A stretch of 64,000 bases of DNA from an uncultured Desulfarculaceae bacterium (GTDB lineage: Bacteria; Desulfobacterota; Desulfocorpusculales; Desulfocorpusculum), in the NCBI GenBank assembly GCA_964514105.1, contig CAZEPJ010000010.1, forward strand, positions 12,242 through 76,241, written 5' to 3'. The notes under the pieces were generated by a model that worked only from the letters and a program-made list of their open reading frames with translations, was not told the origin of the DNA and ran no database searches. Position 1 is the stretch's first letter; each line of letters opens with the position of its first letter. A program made the translations under genes and the position numbers. This document shows positions 18,141 to 27,125 of the stretch, one piece after another.

Positions 18141-20111
18141 CTACCCGAGCCCGTGGCGCGCCATCCTGCGGTAGAGGGTGCTGCGCGAGATGTCGAGGGT
18201 CCTGGCGGCCAGGGAGCGGTTGCCCCGGCTCTGCCTCAAGGCCTTTTCGATCATCTGGCGCGTCCCGTCCCGGAGGGAGACACCCTGGAAGGATTCGGCG
18301 CCGGGCCTTTCCCAGAGGCGGTTGGTCAGATGCTCCATGCGGATGTCCTTGCCGTTGGACAGGATGAGGGCCCTCTCGAGGCAGTTCTCGAGCTCGCGGA
18401 CGTTGCCCGGCCAGTGATAGCCCTTGAAGGCCTCCAGGGCCTCAGCCGGGACCTGTGGCCTCTGGCGTCCCAACTCGGCGCATTGCCGATCCAGGATGCT
18501 GTCCATGAGCAGCTCCAGATCCTCCCGCCTCTCCCGAAGGGGGGGGACGCGGATTTCGACCACGTTGAGGCGGTAGTAGAGATCCTCCCTGAAATTCCTC
18601 TGTTCCACCTCCAAAAACAGGTCCTTGTTGCTCGCCGCGATGACGCGGACGTCCACCGCCATGGGCCCCTTGTCCCCCAGCCGTGTGACCTCGCTTTGCT
18701 GCAGTACCCTCAGGAGCTTGGCCTGGAGATCCAGGGGCAGACCGTCGATCTCGTCCAGGAACAGGGTGCCGCCGTCGGCCAACTCGAATCTGCCCACCTG
18801 CCCCTCCCGGCGGGCCCCCGTGAATGCGCCCCCGACGTACCCGAAGAGCTCGGCCTCGATGAGGTCCCGCGGGATGGCTGCGCAGGAGATGGCCACGAAC
18901 GGCCCTTCCCGGCGGGCGCTGTAGTTGTGGATGGCCTGAGCGAAGAGCTCCTTGCCCGTGCCGCTTTCGCCGACGATGAGGACCCTGGAGTTGGTCCTGG
19001 CGGCGATTCTGGCCAGCTCCACCTGCTTGCGGAAATGAGGGTCACGACCCTTGATATCCTCGAACCGATACCTGGCGTAGTTGCCTCCCAGGGCCTGCAC
19101 CATCCGGAAGACCTTTCCACGCTCGTGGATGGTGAGGACGCTGCCCCGCACCTCGCTGCCGCGTCCCAGGATGGGGAAAAGGCTGCAGATATGCCGTCGG
19201 GGCGGCTGGGAGGCGAAAAAGGATATCTCCCGGTTGGAGAAGTAGTCCTTCCCGGCAATGGCGTCGCTCATGGGCGGATCCGGTCGGCAGATTTCGTCCA
19301 GCCGCTTGCCCACCGCAGCCGCCCTTCCGAGGATGAGCGATCGCCTTGCCGCCTGATTGATGTGGGTGACCATGCCGTCTCTGTCCATGGCCACCACGCC
19401 ATCGGTGATGGCATCAAAGATGGCATTGAGGAGGTTGTTGAGGGACTCCTTTTCCCCGACCAGCTCCCTTTCCTTGATCCGCCCCTCGATGGCCCTGGCC
19501 GCCGAGATGACCAGCGCCAGGGTGTGTTGGTGTCTCCCCTTGGACATGCCCGACAGGGTGATGGCCCCGAGGAGGCGCCCGTGGCCATCGAGAATGGGGG
19601 CCGACGAACAGGTCCAGGGCTGGTGATGGACATTGTAGTGCTCAGCCCCCGTGAGCTGTATCGGCCTCCTTTCCACGAGGCAGAGGCCGATGGCGTTGGT
19701 GCCCGAATACGCCTCCGAGCGACACGAGCCCGGCAGATAGAAGTTCTCCTGCGCCATGCGCAGGATGGCCTCGTCGCCGAGGACCAGCAGGACGTATCCG
19801 TCCCGATCGGCCAGGGTGGTGATGAACCCCGTCCCCCGCACCGAAATCTCGAGCATCTCCACCACGGGTTCGGCCGCCGCGATGAACGCCTTGTTCTCCT
19901 CCAGGAGTTCTCGCAACCGTTGCCGAGACAGGGCCACGGCCTCTCTCTTGTGAGCGGGGTCCAACCCCAGGGCCCTGCACCGCTTCCATGACTCAAGGAC
20001 GTGTTCGCGCACTCCCCTCGTGGGCACCTGGCCCCTCAGGACAAAGGCCTCCCATGCCCCCTTGGTGGCCGCTGTCTCCCTGGGGCGCGAGGCGTTGCCG
20101 GTCCTTTCCAT
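18141..20111 (-). CDS. acoR: Sigma54-dependent Fis-family activator, GAF-PAS-AAA+-HTH (AcoR-like)
   Basis: SWKRC N-terminus, GTNAIG GAF motif, HQPWTCSSAPI, GESGTGKE, ELFGY..GAFTGA, LFLDEI, WPGNVREL, ISRSTLYR. Confidence 0.85.
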   Translation of the reverse strand: MERTGNASRPRETAATKGAWEAFVLRGQVPTRGVREHVLESWKRCRALGLDPAHKREAVALSRQRLRELLEENKAFIAAAEPVVEMLEISVRGTGFITTLADRDGYVLLVLGDEAILRMAQENFYLPGSCRSEAYSGTNAIGLCLVERRPIQLTGAEHYNVHHQPWTCSSAPILDGHGRLLGAITLSGMSKGRHQHTLALVISAARAIEGRIKERELVGEKESLNNLLNAIFDAITDGVVAMDRDGMVTHINQAARRSLILGRAAAVGKRLDEICRPDPPMSDAIAGKDYFSNREISFFASQPPRRHICSLFPILGRGSEVRGSVLTIHERGKVFRMVQALGGNYARYRFEDIKGRDPHFRKQVELARIAARTNSRVLIVGESGTGKELFAQAIHNYSARREGPFVAISCAAIPRDLIEAELFGYVGGAFTGARREGQVGRFELADGGTLFLDEIDGLPLDLQAKLLRVLQQSEVTRLGDKGPMAVDVRVIAASNKDLFLEVEQRNFREDLYYRLNVVEIRVPPLRERREDLELLMDSILDRQCAELGRQRPQVPAEALEAFKGYHWPGNVRELENCLERALILSNGKDIRMEHLTNRLWERPGAESFQGVSLRDGTRQMIEKALRQSRGNRSLAARTLDISRSTLYRRMARHGLG

Positions 20112-20212
20112 GGCACCCTCCTTGGTCTCGCCGACCTCTCCCGATGGAGGAGGGTCAGATTCCCGGTCGGTCGAGCAGGGATGGGGTTCACTATAGCACA
20201 GCCCGCGGGTTG

Positions 20213-20229
20213 TGTGCCGTCTTGGGACA
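20213..20229. promoter_or_regulatory. Third TGT-N11-ACA site, overlapping the probable acoR -35 region
   Basis: TGTGCCGTCTTGGGACA (minus strand TGTCCCAAGACGGCACA); extended -10 TGCTATAGT at 20190-20198 on minus strand. Confidence 0.45.
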
Positions 20230-20268
20230 CCTTTCCCGACCCGCTCCCCGAAGCCGGCCCGTTTTCCC

Positions 20269-20297
20269 TTGGCCCCCGGTCTCGGCTGCCCTACAAT
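20269..20297 (+). promoter_or_regulatory. Putative sigma70 promoter for the DUF362 gene
   Basis: TTGGCC-N17-TACAAT. Confidence 0.45.
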
Positions 20298-20341
20298 GGT
20301 CCCTAAGAACGCCCCGACGGGCCGGACAGGAGGACGGGATC

Positions 20342-21331
20342 ATGGATTTCAAACCCGAGGATCTGGTCTTTCACCGCGAGGCCTACCATGCCCACCTGGC
20401 CCAGATGCGGCCCAAGGACTACCCGCCTTTCCTGAGCCGGGAGGTGGCGGGACAGTCCGACTGGCGCCACTGCCGGCCCAACCCGTACGTCCGGGAGGGG
20501 AGGGCCCTGGTCTCCTTCGCGGTCGCTTCGGGGGACATCCTGGCCGACGTGCGGCGGGCCGTGGAGCTGCTGGGCGGCGTGGAGGCGGCCATCCGGCCCC
20601 AGGACCGGGTGCTCATCAAACCCAACTTCAACAGCGACGATCCGCCCCCGGGCTCCACGGCTCTGGACTTCCTGTGCGCGGTCATCGAGCTGTTGCGGGA
20701 GCACGGCTGCAGCCGCATCCATGTGGGGGAGAGCGCCGGGCGGCCCTGGGTTCCCACGGAAAAGGTCTTTTGCAACACGGGCCTCTCGGCCCGGATGGCC
20801 CGGATGCAGGTCCCCCTGCTGGACTTCGACCGGGCGCGATTCCTGGATGTGCGAGTGGGGGGCGAGTTCTGGGACCGGGTGGCCTACCCTGCGGAGATGG
20901 AGGTCTTCGACAAGATCGTGTACCTCCCCACCATGAAGACCCACTTCGCCGCGGGATTCTCCATGAGCCTCAAGCTCACCGTGGGGTTGACCCATCTCGC
21001 CGACCGCATGACCCTCCACGCGGACAACAACATGTTCGTCTGCCAGCGGGCCGTGGAGATGGGAGCTCCGGTCAAACCGGACCTCATCATCATGGACGGG
21101 CGGGTGTCCTTCATCAGCGGCGGACCGGCCATCGGGTTGGCCGTCCATCCCGGCGTCATCCTGGCCTCGGGGGACCCTGTGGCCCTGGACGTCCAGGGGG
21201 TCCGGCTCCTGCAGAACTACGCGGCGGTGAACCACCTGACGGGGGACGCCTGGCAGCTGCCCCAGATCCGCACGGCGGTCCAACTGGGCCTGGGGGCGCG
21301 AGGCGATGAGGAGATGCGCCTGGTGCGCTGA
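20342..21331 (+). CDS. DUF362 domain-containing protein
   Basis: DRVLIKPNFN, VGES, PTMKTH..AGFSMSLKL.VG, PDLIIMDG, D.VALD. Confidence 0.8.
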   Translation: MDFKPEDLVFHREAYHAHLAQMRPKDYPPFLSREVAGQSDWRHCRPNPYVREGRALVSFAVASGDILADVRRAVELLGGVEAAIRPQDRVLIKPNFNSDDPPPGSTALDFLCAVIELLREHGCSRIHVGESAGRPWVPTEKVFCNTGLSARMARMQVPLLDFDRARFLDVRVGGEFWDRVAYPAEMEVFDKIVYLPTMKTHFAAGFSMSLKLTVGLTHLADRMTLHADNNMFVCQRAVEMGAPVKPDLIIMDGRVSFISGGPAIGLAVHPGVILASGDPVALDVQGVRLLQNYAAVNHLTGDAWQLPQIRTAVQLGLGARGDEEMRLVR

Positions 21332-21332
21332 C

Positions 21333-22049
21333 TCATTCCCGCTCGTAGGGAAAGGTGAGCTGGCCCCCGTACCATCCCAGCGCGACGGCGCAGGCCGCCA
21401 GGAAGACCATGAGGACGAAGTAGATGGTCTCCGGTACGTCCCCGCGCACGGGACCTCGGATCCTCAGGGCCAGGCAGACGACCTCGGCCGTTGCCATGAG
21501 CACGGCGAACTGGAGCTTGCGGGTCACCTGGCGGATGGGCTTGGCCGCGTAGTTCACCCACCAGGTCACCAGCCCCGTGATGATGGCCAGGGGCGTGAAG
21601 AGCGCCGCCAGCACGAGCATGGCGAAGGCCAGGGCCTCGAAGGGCGCCAGGGCGGGGACCAGGGCGTCCAGCACGACGAACAGGGCCCCGGCCATGGCAT
21701 AGGCCATGGGGAAGTGGACCATCATGGGGTGCGGGTGGCGCCGCAGCATGGGGAAGGCCTGGAAGAGGGCCGCCAGGAAGGCCGGGATCCCCTGCTCGGT
21801 GCCGGCCTCGGGCTCCAGGCTCCCCAGCCGCCTGATCTGGGGCCGCTCCAGGACCTCGTTGCCGTGGGGAGCGGCACCGATCTCCGCGGTGAGGTCACGC
21901 CCGGCGAGATGGCGCTTCATGTGGCCGCCCCCGGCCCAGAGCTTGCTCCCCGAGACGTCATAGATACTGCCGTCAACGGCCACGCACGCGGGCCGTCCCT
22001 CCTTGCCGTCGCAGCGAGACAACTGCTCGGGCGTGAATGTCTTTTCCAC
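21333..22049 (-). CDS. Cytochrome b5-like heme-binding domain fused to DUF2231-like membrane domain
   Basis: FTPEQLSRCDGKEGRPACVAVDGSIYDVSGSKLW.GG.H...H.AGRDLT....APHG; then HPHPMMVHFP and four hydrophobic helices; GTG start with GGAGG. Confidence 0.8.
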   Translation of the reverse strand: MEKTFTPEQLSRCDGKEGRPACVAVDGSIYDVSGSKLWAGGGHMKRHLAGRDLTAEIGAAPHGNEVLERPQIRRLGSLEPEAGTEQGIPAFLAALFQAFPMLRRHPHPMMVHFPMAYAMAGALFVVLDALVPALAPFEALAFAMLVLAALFTPLAIITGLVTWWVNYAAKPIRQVTRKLQFAVLMATAEVVCLALRIRGPVRGDVPETIYFVLMVFLAACAVALGWYGGQLTFPYERE

Positions 22050-22199
22050 CGTGGACCTCCCAGGCATCTGTGACAACTCGGACCGCACCAGGGTATCACA
22101 GAACAAGGCCCCCGGGGTCCTCTTTCCGCCTTGACCGTTTACTCCGCCCCCGCCGCAGGTTACCATCTTCTCGAGGCATCATTCCCCCGGAGGTGCGCC

Positions 22200-23852
22200 A
22201 TGGCCCTGTCCCCCCTGGCCGGGAAACCGGCCCCGCGTGACATCCTGGTCAACGTCCCCAGGCTGGTGAGCGCGTACTATACCCAGAGCCCCGATCCCTC
22301 CGATCCGGCCCAGAGGGTCTGTTTCGGCACCTCGGGGCACCGGGGCTCGTCCCTGAACAACGGCTTCAACGAGGCCCACATCCTGGCCGTTTCCCAGGCC
22401 ATCTGCGATTACCGCAGATCGCGGGGGATCACCGGTCCGCTGTTTCTGGGCATGGACACCCATGCCCTGTCCGAGCCCGCCCACACGAGCGCGGTGGAGG
22501 TGCTGGCGGCCAACGAGGTGGACGTGATGATCCACCAGGGATTGGGCTTTACCCCCACGCCGGTCATCTCCCACGCCATTCTGGCCCACAACCGGGGGCG
22601 GACCCACGGCCTGGCCGACGGCGTCGTCATCACCCCTTCCCACAACCCGCCCCAGGACGGGGGGTTCAAGTACAACCCGCCCCACGGGGGTCCTGCGGAC
22701 ACCGAGGCCACCCGGGTCATCGAGGCCCGGGCCAACGAACTGCTGGCCCAGGGGGTGGGGAGCGTGCGCCGGATCCCTTGGGTGAGGGCTGTGGCCTCGG
22801 GTCGGGTCCACGAGCGGGACTATGTGGACCCGTACGTGAGGGACTTGGCCGAGGTCCTGGACATGGAGGCCGTGGCCGGCAGCGGGCTCAGGATCGGGGT
22901 GGACCCATTGGGGGGATCCTCCCTGCCCTTCTGGGATCCCATCTCGGCCCGTTACGGGGTGGGGATCGAGCTGGTCAACCGCGTGGTGGACCCGACCTTC
23001 GGCTTCATGACCGTGGATCACGACGGAAAGATCCGCATGGACTGCTCATCGCCCCACGCCATGGCAGGCCTCATCGGCCTGCGGGGGCGATTCGACATCG
23101 CCTTCGGCAACGACCCGGATGCCGACCGCCACGGCATCGTCACCCGGCGGGCCGGGCTCCTCAATCCCAACCACTACCTCACGGTGGCCATCCACTACCT
23201 GTTCGGGAGCCGCTCGGGCTGGCGGGGGGATGCGGCAGTGGGAAAGACCCTGGTATCGAGCTCCATGATCGACCGGGCGGCCGCCGGCCTGGGGCGGCGC
23301 CTGAGAGAGGTCCCGGTGGGCTTCAAGTGGTTCGTCGAAGGCCTGCTCGACGGTTCCTTCGGATTCGGCGGAGAGGAGAGCGCGGGGGCCTCGTTTCTTC
23401 GAAAAGACGGCACCGTCTGGACCACGGACAAGGACGGGATCTTGATGAATCTGCTGGCCGCCGAGATCACGGCCCGCACGGGCCGCACCCCGGACGAGAT
23501 CTACGCGGAGCTGGAGGGACGCCTGGGCAGCCCCGTGTACGAGCGCGTGGATGCGCCGGCCACCGCGGCCCAGAAGGCGGCGCTGGCCAAGCTGTCCGTT
23601 GACCTGGTGACGGCTCGTGAGCTGGCCGGAGAGCCCATCCTGGCCAAGCTGACCCATGCCCCGGGCAACGGAGCGCCCATGGGGGGCCTCAAGGTCGTGA
23701 CCGAAAACGGATGGTTCGCGGCTCGCCCCTCGGGCACCGAGGAGATCTACAAGCTCTATGCCGAGAGCTTCAAGGGGCCGGAGCATCTGAAGCGGATCCA
23801 GGAGGAGGCCCGGGCCATCGTCCAGTCGGCCCTGCGGGCGGCGGGGCTATGA
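22200..23852 (+). CDS. pgm: Phosphoglucomutase (alpha-D-glucose phosphate-specific)
   Basis: [10 protein letters not shown], phosphoserine TPSHNP, metal-binding [20 protein letters not shown]. Confidence 0.95.
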   Translation: MALSPLAGKPAPRDILVNVPRLVSAYYTQSPDPSDPAQRVCFGTSGHRGSSLNNGFNEAHILAVSQAICDYRRSRGITGPLFLGMDTHALSEPAHTSAVEVLAANEVDVMIHQGLGFTPTPVISHAILAHNRGRTHGLADGVVITPSHNPPQDGGFKYNPPHGGPADTEATRVIEARANELLAQGVGSVRRIPWVRAVASGRVHERDYVDPYVRDLAEVLDMEAVAGSGLRIGVDPLGGSSLPFWDPISARYGVGIELVNRVVDPTFGFMTVDHDGKIRMDCSSPHAMAGLIGLRGRFDIAFGNDPDADRHGIVTRRAGLLNPNHYLTVAIHYLFGSRSGWRGDAAVGKTLVSSSMIDRAAAGLGRRLREVPVGFKWFVEGLLDGSFGFGGEESAGASFLRKDGTVWTTDKDGILMNLLAAEITARTGRTPDEIYAELEGRLGSPVYERVDAPATAAQKAALAKLSVDLVTARELAGEPILAKLTHAPGNGAPMGGLKVVTENGWFAARPSGTEEIYKLYAESFKGPEHLKRIQEEARAIVQSALRAAGL

Positions 23853-24476
23853 CCCCGCGGCCCGGCGCGGGACCCCCCATGCGGCCACGAACCGCTCCAG
23901 CACCTCGTAGGGCTGCGCCCCCACCAAGGCCCGCGTCCCCAGCACAAAGGTGGGGACGGCCGTCACGCCCATGGCGCGGGATCGCGCCCAGTCTGCGTCC
24001 ACGGCTGCCTTGAAGGAACGGGCCTCAAGCACGCGGCGGGCCTCCTCGCCCGAGAGCCCCACCGATCCGGCGATGCCCGCCAGGACCGGGACGCGGGCGA
24101 TGTTGGCGCCGTCCGCGAAATAGGCGCGGAAGGCCGCCGCGTGAAACGGGCCCCCCCTTCCCCGGGACTCGGCCCACTTGGCCAGCTCCTGGGCCAGGCG
24201 GCTGTTGTAGGTCCGGGTGCGCTGGCCCAGGGGAAGACCTTCCGCCTCGGCCGCCTCCCGGAGCCGGGCCATCATGGCCGGGATGTCCACGGGCCGCCCG
24301 GCGAAGAGATCCTCCAGGGTGCGTCCCTCATCCGGCGTCTCGGGGTGAAGGGGGAAGGCCTTCCATTGGACATCGATCTCGTACTTCCTGCGCAGTCGCT
24401 CGACACGCCCGGTGACGAAGTAGCACCAGGGTCAGATGTAGTCGGAGAAGATCTCCAGGGTCCAGTTCTGCGGCAT
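23847..24476 (-). CDS. DsbA/FrnE-like thioredoxin-fold oxidoreductase, probable selenoprotein (UPWC), 209 aa
   Basis: [37 protein letters not shown] reads in frame with ORF 23847-24290; cis-Pro loop GVTAVPTF; GAGGAGG RBS; TGA at 24432-24434. Confidence 0.85.
24387..24431 (-). promoter_or_regulatory. Candidate bacterial SECIS hairpin
   Basis: After the UGA: lower stem CCUG(G)UGC/GCGCAGG, upper stem UUCG-U-CAC[CGGGC]GUG-U-CGAG; apical loop starts 21 nt after UGA with G at position 2 (folded by hand). Confidence 0.55.
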
Positions 24477-24698
24477 CTGCTCCTCCTCGAGCCCCGGACC
24501 GACCCCAGGGCTCATCCCGGCTCGATGTATGCCAAGACGCGCCGGAGCGAGGGCCGGATCCCGGACTCCGGCAAAGTCGATCCGGGCCGTGGGCGCATGG
24601 CGCGTCTCGAAATGAAGGGACAGATCCACAGTACCCGGAGGCGCGCCGCCGAGTCAACGCGTGGCAGGGGTGGACGGCTGTCCCGGCCCGGGGCAGCC

Positions 24699-24726
24699 TT
24701 GACAAAGGTCGTCGGGGGAGTAGAGT
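24699..24726 (+). promoter_or_regulatory. Putative sigma70 promoter for Fe-ADH
   Basis: TTGACA-N16-TAGAGT. Confidence 0.4.
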
Positions 24727-24850
24727 TGAGTGCAAAGTCGGACTCCCGAGGGATTCTCCGGGGCGCCTCCGGCCTGCCGCGCCCCTTGGAGAAACGGGCC
24801 GTGGGCCCGGCAGATGAGAGAGGGCGGAGCTTACCAAGAGGAGAGAATGC

Positions 24851-26017
24851 ATGGACGGCAAGATCATCAGCTTCAAGTCGGCGAATCTCATCCTGGCCGG
24901 CAACGGGGCCCTGGCCCGGATCGGGGAAGAGGCGCGGGGCCTGGAGGTGAAGCGGGCCCTCGTCATCACGGACAAGGGGGTGGTGGCGGCCGGGATCTGC
25001 CAACGGGTCGAGGCCCTTTTGGGCGACCACGGCATCGGGGTTGAGGTCTTCGACGGCGTCCTGTCGGACCCGGACATTGCGTGCGCCCAGGCGGCCATTG
25101 AGATGGCCAAGGCGTCTTCGTTCGACCTCATGGTGGGGCTGGGAGGCGGAAGCGCCATGGACATCGCCTCGATCACCTCGGTGATGTGCCGGAACCAAGG
25201 GACGGTGCGCGACTACTTCGGCATCAACCTGGTGAAGAACCCGGGCATCCCGACCTTCCTCATCCCGACCACCGCGGGCACCGGAGCAGAGGTCACGCCC
25301 AATGCCATACTCACGGACGTGGACGAGAAGCTGAAGAAGGCCATTGTGAGCCCGTACATCCTTCCACGGGTCGCCATCGTGGACCCCACGCTCACCCTGT
25401 CCATGCCGCCCCGGGTCACGGCCTTCAGCGGCATGGACGCCCTGACCCATGCCATCGAGGCCTTCACATCGGTGAACGCCACAGCCCTGACGGACATCTT
25501 CGCCAGGGAGGCCGTGGTGCTGATCGGCCGGAGCCTTCGAACGGCCGTGGCCAAGGGCGAGAACCTGGCAGCCCGCCATGACATGCTCATGGGTAGCCTC
25601 TACGCGGGCATCGCCCTGGCCAACGCGGGCGTCACGGCGGTCCATGCCCTGGCCTATCCCCTCGGGGGGGAATTCGACGTGCCCCACGGAATCGCCAATG
25701 GCCTGCTTCTTCCCTACGTCATGGAGGTGAATGCCCGGGGAGACATCCCCAAGTTCGCGCAGGTGGCCAGGCTGCTGGGGGAAAGGGTGGATCACCTCCC
25801 CCTGCTCGACCAGGCACTTCGATCGGCCGAGGCCGTCAAGGCCCTGTACCGCGACCTGCCCGTGCCCCAGTCCCTGGCGGAGCTGAAGATCCCCCAGAAG
25901 GCGATCCCCGAAATGGCGGCGGCGGCCATGAAGATCACCCGGCTCATGGGGAACAACCCCGTGAACATGACCGCGGAGGACGCCGAGAGGGTCTATCAGA
26001 ACGCGTACGGGCGGTGA
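24851..26017 (+). CDS. Iron-containing alcohol dehydrogenase
   Basis: GLGGGSAMD, IPTTAGTGAEVT, GMDALTHAIE, HALAYPLGG, PHGIANG. Confidence 0.93.
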   Translation: MDGKIISFKSANLILAGNGALARIGEEARGLEVKRALVITDKGVVAAGICQRVEALLGDHGIGVEVFDGVLSDPDIACAQAAIEMAKASSFDLMVGLGGGSAMDIASITSVMCRNQGTVRDYFGINLVKNPGIPTFLIPTTAGTGAEVTPNAILTDVDEKLKKAIVSPYILPRVAIVDPTLTLSMPPRVTAFSGMDALTHAIEAFTSVNATALTDIFAREAVVLIGRSLRTAVAKGENLAARHDMLMGSLYAGIALANAGVTAVHALAYPLGGEFDVPHGIANGLLLPYVMEVNARGDIPKFAQVARLLGERVDHLPLLDQALRSAEAVKALYRDLPVPQSLAELKIPQKAIPEMAAAAMKITRLMGNNPVNMTAEDAERVYQNAYGR

Positions 26018-26053
26018 CGGTTACCGCAGGGTGCTGACAGAAGCCTCCGGTGG

Positions 26054-26122
26054 GGCACCCCGGCCAAGCCGGAGTCGAGAAATGGCTGCATTCACAGGGT
26101 CCCGGCCTCCCTCGGGATGACG
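26054..26122. repeat. Degenerate bipartite palindromic (REP/dRS3-like) repeat
   Basis: GGCACCCCGGCCAAGCCGGAGTC ... GGTCCCGGCCTCCCTCGGGATGAC resembles the GTCA(T/C)(T/C)CCGGCGAAAGCCGG...GG(A/T)TCCCGGCCT..GCCGGGATGAC repeat family. Confidence 0.4.
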
Positions 26123-26241
26123 TTTGAGGGCTTCTTGCGCGGTTTTTGGGCCTCCTGCCGGGGGGTGAGAGTCGGGTGATCAAGGCCGGCAGGCGGTCGC
26201 CTCTTTCACGGTCAGTGAGCGTTGAGCGCTGGAGGGGTGTC

Positions 26242-27009
26242 GTGGGCGAGGAGCTTTTCGACGTGACGGGCAAGCGGGCCGTGGTCACGGGAGGCGGCCG
26301 GGGCATCGGCCGGGCCGTGGCCCTGGCCCTGGGCGAGGCGGGAGCCCATGTGGGGCTGCTGGCCAGGACGGCCGGCCAGCTCGATGCCGTGGCCGCAGAG
26401 CTGCGGGGCATGGGCCGCCGCGCCGTGAGCGTGGCTGCGGACCTGGCCGACGTAAGCGGCATCCCGGCCCTGGTGGAGACGTTGGCCCGGGAGCTGGGCG
26501 GCATCGACATCCTGGTCAACAACGCGGGCATCAACGTCCCTCAACCCGCGGCGGACGTGACCGTGGAGGCCTGGGACCGGGTGATGGACATCAACCTCAA
26601 GGCGGGCTTCTTCATGGCCCAGGCCGTGGGGAGGGTCATGATCCGCCAGGGCCGCGGCGGGAGGATCGTCAACATCAGCTCCCAGACCGGGAGCGTGGCT
26701 TTGATCCAGCGCGCCGCGTACTGCGCGAGCAAGGCGGGGCTCAACCTGGTGACCAAGGTCCTGGCCCTGGAGTGGGCGCCCCATGGAATCCTGGTCAATG
26801 CCGTGGCGCCGACCTTCATCGAGACGGAGTTCACCCGGGAGATGTTCGCGGACGCCCGGTTTCGGCAGTACGCCCTGGGCAAGAACCTCCTCGGGCGTTT
26901 CGGCCAGCCCGAGGACGTGGCGGGGGCAGTGCTCTATCTGTGCTCTCCCGCCGCCTCCCTGGTGACGGGCCACGTGCTCATGGTGGACGCGGGATGGACG
27001 GCCCACTGA
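26242..27009 (+). CDS. Short-chain dehydrogenase/reductase (gluconate 5-dehydrogenase/glucose 1-dehydrogenase-like)
   Basis: TGGGRGIG, NNAG, YCASK, NAVAPTF, VDAGW; GTG start after GGAGG. Confidence 0.9.
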   Translation: MGEELFDVTGKRAVVTGGGRGIGRAVALALGEAGAHVGLLARTAGQLDAVAAELRGMGRRAVSVAADLADVSGIPALVETLARELGGIDILVNNAGINVPQPAADVTVEAWDRVMDINLKAGFFMAQAVGRVMIRQGRGGRIVNISSQTGSVALIQRAAYCASKAGLNLVTKVLALEWAPHGILVNAVAPTFIETEFTREMFADARFRQYALGKNLLGRFGQPEDVAGAVLYLCSPAASLVTGHVLMVDAGWTAH

Positions 27010-27125
27010 GGCCCCGCCAGGAGGCTTCCCGCCACGGCCAGGCACGGGAGACGGCGCGGCGGAAAAAAAGGAAAGACGGGGACGCCCCGGGGAACGGGCG
27101 GTCCTGGGGGAGGGAAGGATCCACG

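Noticed and set aside
23847-24476. Calling the DsbA-like gene a pseudogene
   Set aside because: The single stop is UGA at the catalytic Cys position, the rest of the frame is intact, and a SECIS-like structure follows.
24603-24619. CGTCTCGAAATGAAGGG as a possible extra AcoR site
   Set aside because: Imperfect dyad, and no correctly spaced -24/-12 promoter found on either side.
24730-24850. GCAAA...GCCTCCGGCCT words suggesting a c-di-GMP-I riboswitch before Fe-ADH
   Set aside because: Lacks the GAAA tetraloop hairpin and the GACGCAAA junction; only short word matches.
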